Below, in pieces: positions 52,848 to 64,000 of a DNA stretch of 64,000 nucleotides (position 1 is the first letter of the stretch; each line of letters opens with the position of its first letter). A program made the position numbers and the translations under genes. Under the pieces are notes generated by a model. It was not told where the DNA came from. It saw only the letters and a list, made by a program, of their open reading frames with translations, and made no database searches. Origin of the DNA: Octopus vulgaris (taxonomy: Eukaryota); contig OX597818.1 in the NCBI GenBank assembly GCA_951406725.2, positions 56,482,001-56,546,000 on the forward strand, in the 5' to 3' direction.

Positions 52848-53252
52848 ACTCTTTTACTTGTTTCAGTCATTTGACTGCGGCCATGCTGGAGCACCGCCTT
52901 TTAGTCGAGCTACTCGACCCCGGGACTTATTCTTTTGTAAGCCCAGTACTCATTCTATCGGTCTCTTTTTGCCAAACCGCTAAGTGACGGGGACGTAAAC
53001 ACACCAGCATCGGTTCTCAAGCAATGCTAGGGGGACAAACATAGACACACAAACACATACACACATACACATACATATATATATACATATATACGACGGG
53101 CTTCTTTCAGTTTCCATCTACCAAATCCACTCACAAAGCACTGGTCGGCCCGGGGCTATAGCAGAAGACACTTGCCCAAGATGTCACACAGTGGGACTGA
53201 ACCCGGAGCCATGTGGTTGGTTAGCAAGCTACATACCACACAGCCACTCCTG
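52848..53252 (-). mobile_element. SINE family A, full length
   Basis: Reverse complement of the family A sequence. Confidence 0.9.
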
Positions 53253-54079
53253 TGAAACTCTAAAAATTTTTTAGTTTCCCGCTTTTTTTTTTCCTCCAGT
53301 TCTCTTGATAAAAACCCTAAACAAGTGGACCTAATGACCAAAATCTTTTTTTTATTATCTTTTTGATATTTTATCTGGGGACTTCCTTATCCAACATGTG
53401 CTTTTAATTTTAAGATAGTAAAGTGGAGTTTGAAGAAAAACTGGTTGCTATTAGCAACAGTTTGTGTGACCATATAAAGATGATCATTTCTTCAATCATC
53501 CATCGCCCCCACCCAGCATTTTCCCCTTTTATCTGTTTTCTTACCGCTTCTTGTCTATGCTCTTCCTTTTCTTTTTCAGACTACACTACTTAGTGTTTTC
53601 CTAAATTGCTAGTCATTAAGATTATTAATTAAGCATTTTAAGGACTCGAGATTAAGTTTTCTTGGTTAAAATTTGTATGTTATTTCCCAAATGCTAATAT
53701 TTTCAGGACAAATATTTTTACCGTTTTCTCAGTTTAGTTTTTGCTATATGCTGTTGTAATATTAAGTGGTTATAGTAGTTATTCGATGGAGAACTGATGT
53801 GGGGAGGGGGTCTAGTTGTACTTGAGGTTGCTAAGGGAGAAGTATAAAGCACCACCTGTAGTGGGCCAAACTCCAGCCCCACGATTTCTATTATGGCTGA
53901 CCGGACCAAGTGGTACCACTTATGCTCCCAAAGTAGCAAACAACTCCTCAACCAAAACTAGTGTATGCAGCGTGTCAGGGCAAGCTATGAGAGATGCCGA
54001 AGAACGTCCGCTCCTATCCTATTTATTTACGTCCCCATAATTCAATGGTCTGGCAAATGAGCCCTATGGGCTAAATACT

Positions 54080-54490
54080 TATTTCTTTATTGCCCACAAG
54101 GGGCTAAACATAGAGGATACAAAACAAAGGACAGACAAAGGGGTTAAGTCGATTATATCGACCCCAGTGTGTAACTGGTACTTAATTTATTGACCCCGAA
54201 GGGATGAAAGGCAAAGTCGATGTCAGCGGAATTTGAACTCAGAACGTAACGGCAGACGAAATATGTATTTCTTAACTACCCACAAGGGGCTAAACGCAGA
54301 GGGGACAAACTAGGACAGACAAACGGATTAAGTCGATTATATCGATCCCAGTGCGTAACTGGTACTTAATTTATCGACCCCGAAAGGAGGAAAGGCAAAG
54401 TCGACTTCTGTGGAATTTGAACTCAGACGAAATACTGTTAAGCATTTCACCCGGTGTGCTTAACGATTCTGCCAGCTCGCCACCTTATTT
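54080..54490 (-). mobile_element. SINE family B dimer enclosed by a single TSD
   Basis: Two bodies and one head; TSD CCTAT(G/A)GGCTAAATACT at 54063-54079 and 54493-54509. Confidence 0.9.
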
Positions 54491-54865
54491 AGCCTATAGG
54501 CTAAATACTGAGAGTCTATTTGATCGACTCGATACAGTGCCTCAAGACAGTGTCCCACCATGGCCTTAGTCTAAAGGCTGAAACAAACAACAGATAAAAT
54601 ATGTGTGTTATGTATTTAATGTACCTTATTTAACAATCATGGTATTGTCATCTTCTCTGGCTGAGAATTCAAGATATGCGAAGATCTTGTTGCACCGCGG
54701 TTATGTACAATTAAATTTCTTTTTATTCTGCAAATTTTTTCTCTCCATTATCTTCTAAGTCAGAAATCGGTTAATTAGCTATAAGAGACTGACTGATTCT
54801 ATTGTCTTGGAGATTCTGGTTTTGAGTTACGTCGTTTTCATTTAAATCACACTTATATACTCTTT

Positions 54866-55264
54866 GCTCTTTTACTTGTTTCAGTCATTTGACTGCGGCC
54901 ATGCTGGAGCACCGCCTTTTAGTTGAGCAAATCGACCCCGGGACTTATTCTTTTGTAAGCCCAGTACTTATTCTATCGGTCTCTTTTGCCGAACCGCTAA
55001 GTGACGGGGACGTAAACACACCAGCATCGGTTGTCAAGCAATGCTAGAGGGACAAACACAAACATACACACACACACATACTTACATATATATATATACA
55101 TATATATGACAGGCTTCTTTCAGTTTTCGTCTACCAAATCCACCCACAAGGCTTTGGTTGGCCCGAGGCTATAGCAGAAGACACTTGCCCAAGATGCCAC
55201 GCAGTGGGACTGAACCCGGAACCGTGTGGTTGGTCAGCAAGCTACTTACCACACAGCCACTCCT
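54866..55264 (-). mobile_element. SINE family A, full length
   Basis: Reverse complement of the family A sequence. Confidence 0.9.
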
Positions 55265-55351
55265 AAGCCTATATATATTATAATTTATTTATGCTAGAGT
55301 GCCACCACCTTGAAGGCTATTTTAGTTGAATAAATTGATCCCAGCACTTAA

Positions 55352-55570
55352 CCCTTTAGTGTTCAGATTATTCTATCAAACATAATGCTTATTGATTCCC
55401 ATTGATTTGAATTAACCATGCATTATCTCATATCTTCAAGATCTTGATGGTGTAATTACTTAATGTAGAATAACATTGTAGGGTAGGTGTGAGGGCCTGG
55501 ATCTGGTCAGTTTGAACATAAAACAGATTAACTATTTTGGCCGAATATGGCCAGTTTAAATACTAAAGGG
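55352..55570. mobile_element. piggyBac-type MITE (219 bp)
   Basis: TTAA-CCCTTTAGTGTT...AATACTAAAGGG-TTAA: TTAA TSD with CCC/GGG-terminated TIRs. Confidence 0.92.
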
Positions 55571-57635
55571 TTAAAATTCTTTTTTTTTTAACCTGATACT
55601 TAACGTATCGGCTCTTTTACCAAACTGCTGAGTTGTCAAACGGGGGACGGGACTCACACACACACACATTGTTGGCCTGAAGCGGTAGCAGGCGCAGTCC
55701 CAGGAATGTTTCGAAGGCAAGGCACAAGGTCAGAAGGGAATAATACATTTCTAGGAGAAAAGGGCATAATATTATTTAGAAGGTGCACTTCTTTTCTTGA
55801 TGGGGGCACATGCTCCCTGCCCCTGGGTAGTAGAAGATACTTGCCCAAGGTGTCATGCCATGGGATTGAATCCAGAACCCTGGAATCATGTGGTTGGGAA
55901 GCAACCACATGATCTTAGACAGACAGGCTTGCGCCTATTACATATTAGACAACAAAACCCCACTAAATCCACCCCCCAAAAAACATGCCTACCTTACAGT
56001 AGCGCCCTCAATGTTCTTCATTTCAAGGGCGCTGCAAAAGCAACATCTTGACAGCATTCAGTGTGGAAGATGTAAGCTTCTTACCACACAGCCATGCTTA
56101 TGACTTGACAATATCTTAATTAGTGTTAATTAGTGAAACCAATTTTCTAGGGTGAAGGTCTTCCTTCTACCCCACTCTCTCTACCGGTTAATTTTTTAAC
56201 TATTAAACCGGTCTCGTAAGATACATGTACTAGTAAACAGTTACCCTCGTTTTTCAGTTTTGCTCAAGGTCAGGCCCAGGAATCGAAACCTCGATCTTTT
56301 GATTACCACCTTAAACCCAACATCACCACTGCCACTAGGCCACCGGCCATCATTTTCGGAAATGCTGTATTTTTAAAAACTTTGTGTTTTTCAGTATGGA
56401 TTTTCGAGTGAGGATGTCATTCATGGTCACATTAACGAATAGAATAGATTATCATTAAAATCCTTTCATTGATCCGTCTTCAAAGAAAGGTCAGTTGAGT
56501 GTTACATAAATTATTCATGGTGCAAAAACTAACACAATTCCTAGACTTTGTGATGCGTGAGTGAAGTAATTTTTCGAACCATGTGACCATCTTTTATCTG
56601 AGATGTTTCTCTTGTTTTAATCATTAGACTACAGCTGCCTTGAAGAATTTTTTAGTTGAATGGATCGACCTCAGTGATTATTTTTATTTGTATTCTTTAA
56701 GCCTGGTACATACTACATATTCTATCGGTCTCTTAGGCTGAACTGCTAGGTCATGGGAATATTGACGTGCCAACACTGGTTGTCAAGCAGTGGTGGGGGG
56801 TAAAAACAACCACAGGTACACACACACACAACCACAGGCACAGACATACACACACAACCACAGGCACAGACACACACACACAACCACAGGCACAGACACA
56901 CACACACAACCACACACACACATGCAACCATATATGCACACAAACACAACCACATGCACACACATAGCCACATGCACGCACACGCACCACACACCACACA
57001 CACACACCCGATGCGCTTCTTTCAGTTTCTGTCTATCGGATCCACCCGGAGGGCTTTGATCAGCCCGAGGCTATAGTAGAAGACACTTGCCCAAGGTGCC
57101 ATGCAGTGGGACTGAACCTGGAACCTTGTGGTTGGGAAGTAAGCTTCTTACCACACAGCTATGCTTGTACCAATACAATATATTTTAATTCGTGTTGTGT
57201 TCATCGTTGAAACCAATCTGTGAGGGAGACGGTCTTTGTTCAACCCCTCTTTCCCTCTCTGCCTCCCCTTTCCCTCTCTGCCTTCCCCTTTCCCTCTCTG
57301 CCTCCCCCTTCTCTCTGCCTCCTCCTCTCTCTGCCACCCCGTATCTCTCTCTGTCTCCCTCCCTACCTCTCTCTCTACCTCCCCTCTCTCTCTCGATTCT
57401 AGGACTGTAATTTTTGTCAAACCTATTTGTGTTACACCCTTTCCATCTTGTTCGTTCTTGCCCTCGCCTTCTCTGCGGATCTCTCTAGCAAAAACTGTCC
57501 GATGAACGGCAACGGGAAACTCAGAGTAACAGGTTTTGTTGAATTTTCTGCTGCTTTAAATAAAGCATATTACTCTACCACTGGTATTTGAGTACTCTTT
57601 TTTCCACCTTGTTTCACATTTATGTGTTTACTCCA

Positions 57636-57720
<85 letters not shown>

Positions 57721-58289
57721 CAGAGGAATAACGAGATTACAATTTATTAATTGAATATGATTGATATAAACACTTCCTCTCTTCATACGCAGAGATCATA
57801 TTTTTACTCTTAAACAGGGTGAGAGAATGAGAGAAAGATGATATCGTTTCCTGTCAAATAAATCAGAGGTTCCAAAATGGCCGTGCCAAATCTCTCATAC
57901 TTATGATGCCGCAGTATTATTGTCGGTGCAGTTTTCGAAACCTTTATTCTAAAGCAGACTGCACACAGCCCAAGGAAAACAGAATTTTCTTGTTTGACGC
58001 CTTTAAAATAAACTCTGCTGGAAATAAAATAGAAGCAGCAGAACTGTGTAAACACATTGATAGAAAACATTGAGAGAACATATAAATAAATAAAACGGCG
58101 ATTCAAGAAGGAAAAGGATTTAAATCAACGAAAAAGAAAATAGCAGGAAAGTACAAGTCGAAGCATTAAAAGTTAGAGCCATCTTGGAATGTAGAAATAG
58201 AATTGTAGAGAAATGGAGCTCTACCAAAAGTTACTTCCATGGGGAAAAAGTACAACGATCTTACAGGACAGCAACATTAGTGAAGTTAC

Positions 58290-58654
58290 GTGGAGGCGCA
58301 ATGGCCCAGTGGTTAGGCAGCGGCTCGCGGTCGAGGATCGCGGTTTCGATTCCCAGACCGGGCGTTGTGAGTGTTTATTGAACGAAAACACCTAAAAGCT
58401 CGACGAAGCTCCGGCAGGGGATGGTGGTGATCCCTGCTGTACTCTTTCACCACAACTTTCTCACTCTTACTTCCTGTTTCTGTTGTACCTGTATTTCAAA
58501 GGGCCGGCCTTGTCACTCTCTGTGTCACGCTGAATATCCCCGAGAACTACGTTAAGGGTACGTGTCTGTGGAGTGCTCAGCCACTTACACGTTGATTTCA
58601 CGAGCAGGCTGTTCCGGAAACCTCGTCGTCGTAACCGACGGAGTGCTTCCATCC
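58290..58654 (+). mobile_element. SINE family C, full length with 11-bp TSD
   Basis: tRNA-like head TGGCCCAGTGGTTAGG / GGTTTCGATTCCC; TSD AGTGAAGTTAC at 58279-58289 and 58655-58665; CpG-rich, suggesting a young copy. Confidence 0.92.
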
Positions 58655-58968
58655 AGTGAAGTTACAACGGCGATGTTACAAGTTTCAGGAATTACATTAT
58701 ACAAAGTGGTAACACAAGTAAAATGACAGAATGTTTAAAGCCCCAAGATGAGTCGACATAATACGCGATGTTAAAAGATGGCAGGAGAAACTTTGCCTGT
58801 CCTGTGTATGAGATATTTTCCCCTGGCCTCCATGCTTCATGTATGATACACTTTTACCAATTTATTTGGGCGATCCTTCGGTACAAGTAACATAATTGCC
58901 AATTCTAAACCCACGTGGGTTTATTTACATTTCTGAAGAAAAAAGAAACTGTTCCCCCCTAACCCCCC

Positions 58969-59028
<60 letters not shown>

Positions 59029-59420
59029 TAAAAAATAAAATATATGCATACATACATACATATATATACGTGAGTACAGGACACCACAAATAGACGCAGA
59101 GCTCAACGAAAACGTAAAAACAAGTATGGAACGAACCTTTTTTTCACAAAGAAAAAAAACAGAGTACTAGACAAACTACACAAGGAAAAATCCCCTTCAT
59201 CAGCTGTCCCTAGTTCAACTCCAGCGTGTTTCGAAGGTGATATATATATATATATATATAAAACTTTACGGAAAGTGACGATCTTCTTCAAATGTAAACT
59301 AACAGACGTGATGTAAACGGTACTCATATCGAAAGAATGCCTTTATTTGTTTTCAAGCACTTTGGGTCATATGAAAGAAAAGCTTTTTATTACTCAAAAT
59401 GTATGAAACAAGGTCTAACC

Positions 59421-60043
59421 ATACTGGATACTGGATGGTTCCGTGTTGAAGCTCCTAGGAGCTTGTTCACAGGTCCTTTTCCATTAGTACAATTAATTTG
59501 TCATGTGTGGTACAACACTTCGACAGTTGTTGTTAAGCAACAAGACAGGTAAGGGTGATTAGGTGATGGTCTAGGGCTTAGGGGCGGGAAACCCCAGACC
59601 TTGGAAAAAAAAACAACAAAAGAACCTTTGGTCTTGTTGTAGTCGAGGGCTCTTCGTTGACGCCCGACACCACTGGAAGGTGGCCCTCGAAGTCGCTGGA
59701 AATGGAGATCTCCAGGTCCAAATTCTTGAACGGCACACTTCGACAGTTGTAGCTAATAGTAACAGAAGGGGTCAAATTTTGCAGGAGGCTCCCTCCAGTG
59801 TTCGTCAAGCCTGTTCTTGAAGGCATTGACTGATGGAGCTGCGACCACACTGTTTGGCAGACTGTTCCAGGTGGCGGTCACACGCTGTACGAAAAAGCAG
59901 CTACTAATATTGAGCCTGCAGTGTGATCTTCCCAATTTCCTCTCGTATTTCTGCCTTGGAAATAGTTGAATTGCGGGCGGTTGGGTCTGGTATAGGCCAT
60001 GCGTATACTTAAACATGTTGATCATAAGTATACATGTTGACAA
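59421..60043 (-). mobile_element. CR1-clade LINE 3' fragment
   Basis: ORF 59753-60043 reads MFK..HG...FFVQRVTATWNSLPNSVVAAPSVNAFKNRLDEHW, the CR1 ORF2 C-terminal signature; the 3' UTR ends in a hairpin (AAGCTCCTAGGAGCTT) and tandem ATCCAGT. Confidence 0.9.
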
Positions 60044-60075
60044 TAAGACTGGTAAAGATTTAAAGCAACTAACCT

Positions 60076-60491
60076 ATTTCTTTATTGCCCACAAGGGGCT
60101 AAACACAGAGAGGACAAACAAAGACAGACAAACGGATTAAGTCGATATATCGACCCCCAGTGCGTAACTGGTACTTAATTTATCGACCCCGGAAGGATGA
60201 AAGGCAAAGTCGACCTCGGCAGAATTTGAACTCAGAACGTAACGGCAGACGAAATGCGTATTTCTTTACTACCCACAAGGGGCTAAACATAGAGAGGACA
60301 AACAAGGACAGACAAACGGATGAAGTCGATTATATCAACCCCAGTGCGTAACTGGTACTTAATTATATTGACCCCGAAAGGATGAAAGGCAAAGTCGACC
60401 TCGGCGGAATTTGAACTCAGAACGTAACGGCAGACGAAATACGGCTACGCATTTCGCCCGGCGCGCTAACGTTTCTGCCAGCTCGCCCGCC
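60076..60491 (-). mobile_element. SINE family B dimer
   Basis: Two bodies joined at CAGACGAAATGCG|TATTTCTTT, with a single head. Confidence 0.9.
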
Positions 60492-61039
60492 TTTTATGGT
60501 TGCCTAAATCATTTCTCCGTTACTGTAAATTTAACTCAAATAGAGTTCTTTCCATATTTACATTTACGTTTCGAATCATTCACAAGAAAGCATAGAACAG
60601 TCATTGTGTATTTTCGTTGAGGAGAATGTTATCTAAATTACTCCCATTGTTGATAACATTTGTCATTTTTCTGCCATGTTCTGAGTGAAACTCCCATCTT
60701 CCTCGATATACATCACTGCTGCTACACAGGCGGTGAAATATTTCAGATAATGAATAAAGTTTTCAGCTGGCGTAGACTACATTCATATGTAAATAGATCG
60801 AGTAACTGACTTGCTTAAACGTATTGTCATTAAAAAGTCAGTTATTCTATGATAAATAGAAATAGTTCTGGCTGCTGTCAACGGCTGTAATCTTAACCTG
60901 AAGTATGGTGGTTAGTAGAGAGAGAGGTTTGAGTTCACGGCTTATGGGGGTTTGGGGGTGACCAGTGCTCTTGTAACCCGCATCCTTTTATTCTTTTCAT
61001 GTCAAGATCTCTCTCTCTCTCTCTCTTTCTTTTTGTCTT

Positions 61040-61397
61040 TTATTTGTTTCAGTCATTTGACTGCGGCCATGCTGGAGCATCGGTTTTTTAGTCGGAGCAA
61101 ATCGACCCCCAGTACACTTATTCCTAGTACTTACTCTATCGGTCTCTTTTGCCGAACCGCTAAGTTGCAGGGACGTAAACACACCAGCATCGGTTGTCAA
61201 GCGATGTTGGGTGACAAACACAGACACACAAACAGATACACACACACACGCACACGACGGGTTTCTTTCAGTTTCCGTCTACCAAATCCACTCACAAGGC
61301 TTTGGTCGGCCCGAGGCTATAGTAGAAGACACTTGTAGAACCGGGAACCATGTGGGTTGGTAAGCAAGCTACTTACCACACAGCCACTCCTGCGCCT
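61040..61397 (-). mobile_element. SINE family A with an internal deletion
   Basis: Reverse complement of the family A sequence. Confidence 0.88.
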
Positions 61398-62238
61398 CTT
61401 AACTTTTTCTCTTTATAAATTATAACGTGTTGACAGATTATTAACCACTCTCTCTTTTCTTTTTTCTTAGTAGAAATCGGTCTAAAAGTCCTTTTTTTTT
61501 CCCTCAGGCGAAATATCGAAAAGCGAAATCTCAACTTCGTTTTCTCATGTCAGCTTATCATAGTCTAATATTTTAACATTTGGAACGCATTAAAGTAGGG
61601 AATTTTAATGCCATTCTTGTACATAAAACGCGGTCGTAGTGACACATGAGATTACTTATGTGTCCCCATCATATTCTTTCTCCAGCCCTACTTATCTCTC
61701 TCCCCCTTTTTTTCGTCTGTAACACTAGAAAGTGGTTTTATTTTTATATGAGATTAGGAAAAGCACCATCTCTCTAATTTATATTTATATCATATAAAGA
61801 AGTTTATGAAACAAACTTGGAACAACTAGCATTTTACTAATTTTTTTGGTATGAAACGTACCAGAAAAAATCAATCGGTTAAATTTAAATAAATAATATT
61901 AAATGTGCAAAATAAAATGAAAGCAATACAATCTAGTCTTTCTAAAAATCTTGGCTAAGCAGTTGACCCACTTCAAACTGCGGTTCCTATGCCGGCGAAG
62001 AACTCTTCCTTCCATGTATATTAATTTCATTCCTAAGTCTCTGATTTTAGGTCAAGGCTTCCCCCCCCCAACCTTTTCCTAGTCTATCTTTCTCCTCCCA
62101 GCTTTCATTTTAAAGTTTCGGCTGACTACTTCTACACACACTTGCGTAGGTGTGTGTGTGTATTTGTGTAAATGTATAAAAGGCATATCATAAGTAAATG
62201 CTTTTGACATTATTTTAAGATATTTTTATAAAAGTTAA

Positions 62239-62469
62239 GGCGGCGAGCTGTCAGAAACGTTAGCACGCAGGGCGAAATGCGTAGCCGTATTTCGTCTGTC
62301 GTTACGTTCTGAGTTCAAATTCCGCCGAGGTCGACTTTGCTTTTCATCCTTTCGGGGTCGATAAATAAAGTACCAGTTGTGCACTGGGGTTGATGTAATC
62401 GACTTAATCCGTTTGTCTGTCTTTGTTTGTCCTCTCTGTGTTTAGCCCCTTGTGTGTAGTAAAGAAATA
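62239..62469 (+). mobile_element. SINE family B monomer
   Basis: Collinear with 15069-15302; flanked by an imperfect TAAGAT..TTTTTATAAAA duplication. Confidence 0.9.
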
Positions 62470-62705
62470 GAAAAATATAAGATTTTTTATAAAATTAAAT
62501 TACTAGGAGGGTCCATAGGTTAAAAAAAAGGTTGAGAAATACTAAAGGAGACCACGTTAGACGGTGTTGTTCGATCTGCTAGAAATAGCAGCTAAATCCC
62601 CTTTATGCCACACCATATTATTTTATAAAACTTATTGAAATAAGCAGAACTTAGTGTAATGTAGTTATGTCAGCCTAGGTAGGGTATTAATTTAAAATAG
62701 ATATA

Positions 62706-63062
62706 GGCGTGGCTGTGTGATAAAAAGCTTGCTTCCCAACCACATGGTTCCGAGTTCAGTCCCACTGCATGGCATCTTGGGCGAGCTGGCAGAAACGTTA
62801 GCACGCCGGGCGAAATGCCTAGCGGTATTTCGCCTGCCATTACGTTCTGAGTTCAAATTCCGCCGAGGTCGACTTTGCCTTTCATCCTTTCGGGGTCGAT
62901 TAAATAAAGTACCAGTTAATCACTGGGGTCGATGTAATCGACTTAATCCGTTTGTCTGTCCTTGTTTGTCCCCTCTGTGTGTAGCACCAAGTGGGCAATA
63001 AAGAAATAAATTAAAAGTTTCTTCTACTATAGCCTCGAGCCGACCAAAGCCTTGTGAGTAGA
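62706..63062 (+). mobile_element. SINE A head interrupted by a SINE B monomer (~62780-63008)
   Basis: SINE A ...ATCTTGGGC merges into GGCGAGCTGGCAG of SINE B; SINE A resumes at TCTTCTACTATAGCC. Confidence 0.85.
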
Positions 63063-63209
63063 TACACACACACACGCATATGTATGCGTAAACACATATA
63101 CCGTTTGAAACAAAAACTGGAATTTAGTGTCATTAAGTTTTATGTGTGTATACACATGCCCTTGCAAACACACGTGTACACACACACACACACACACACA
63201 CATGCCCAT

Positions 63210-63321
<112 letters not shown>

Positions 63322-63365
63322 TTTTCATTTTTCTTACATCTCAACTGTTTTTTTTTCATCTGCAG

Positions 63366-63530
63366 GTATTGTTTGCTGTTTTCAAAAGACAGAAACTTCA
63401 GTTACTGATCTTAGAAAATTGGATAGATACACTTGTGCAAAGAAAGCAACTTTGATTCTTTGGGATTTTGCCAACTATACTCAAGTGACCAACATTTAAA
63501 AGAAGGAGCAATTACATTTGGGTTCCAACA
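63366..63530 (+). other. 5' UTR portion of the first coding exon
   Basis: Strong acceptor TTTTTTTTTCATCTGCAG|G at 63365/63366 after a long pyrimidine tract; no ATG seen between it and 63531. Confidence 0.7.
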
Positions 63531-63801
63531 ATGGCTTCTTGTCTTCTTGTCACCGTAATTCTCTGTGTCCTGATAACCACTGTGACAATAATAGTTTCTT
63601 TCACCACACCTAGTTGGGTTCTTTATCCAACTTTCAGTGATTCAAATATACTTTCTCCAAAGGAAAGTGTATGTCCTTGCACCACAGTGTTCCAAAGTTG
63701 TGATTGTGGATTATGGCTTTACTGCAGAGAATCGTCTTCACTCTCGGACAATTGCCAATGGTTTTTGAGCAATGAGTTTGCTCTGGAGAAACAACTCCCA
63801 G
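63531..63801 (+). CDS. First coding exon of a claudin/PMP22/EMP-superfamily tetraspan membrane protein
   Basis: Start context AACAATGG; hydrophobic TM1 (LLVTVILCVLITTVTIIVSF) followed by TPSW...GLWLYC...C.W, the W-GLW-C-C signature of extracellular loop 1; consensus donor CAG|GTAAGT at 63801/63802 (phase 1). The remaining exons lie beyond the window. Confidence 0.88.
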
Positions 63802-63903
63802 GTAAGTTGTCCTTTATATCTACTCTAAATTGAATTTAACTCTTTTCATACCAACCAACCCTTATGTGGTACAAATTTTCCTGTTTTAACTTTTAGCATT
63901 TAA

Positions 63904-64000
63904 CCCTTTTGTTACCAACCCGGCTGAAAGCGGCTCTGGCTCTTTTGTACAAATGTCTTGTTTTCATAAGTTTTGGATTCAAATCTTCCACCAAATCTTA
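63904..64000. mobile_element. Left end of a probable piggyBac-type MITE (runs off window)
   Basis: TTAA-CCCTTT terminus similar to 55352. Confidence 0.5.

Noticed and set aside
58290-58362. tRNA gene-like sequence
   Set aside because: A/B boxes are present but it continues into a SINE body with a TSD; it is a SINE head.

Overview
AT-rich, microsatellite-saturated animal genomic DNA, most consistent with an octopus (cephalopod) genome. That assignment is inferred from the SINE families and repeat density and is not proven. Most of the window is a nested mosaic of repeats: at least three tRNA-derived SINE families in dozens of copies, 3' relics of RTE, CR1 and probable Hero LINEs, DNA transposon relics and MITEs (Tc1/mariner, Tc2/pogo-like, piggyBac, hAT, Merlin, Helitron-like), and simple repeats. 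Nearly all ORFs in the supplied track are microsatellite or SINE read-through artefacts. One host gene is well supported: the first coding exon of a claudin/PMP22-superfamily tetraspan protein (63531-63801, +), with a candidate promoter and non-coding first exon at about 44.6-44.9 kb. The most notable observations are three. (i) A set of minimal type-I hammerhead ribozyme motifs of the Penelope-like-element kind, four of them within 1 kb (4.4-5.4 kb) and two facing each other in a ~515-bp palindrome. (ii) A SINE that inserts as one head plus 1-5 tandem 184-bp bodies whose ends are mutually complementary. (iii) An RTE LINE C-terminus carrying three C2H2 zinc fingers. Family names were assigned by eye from motifs; no database search was run.
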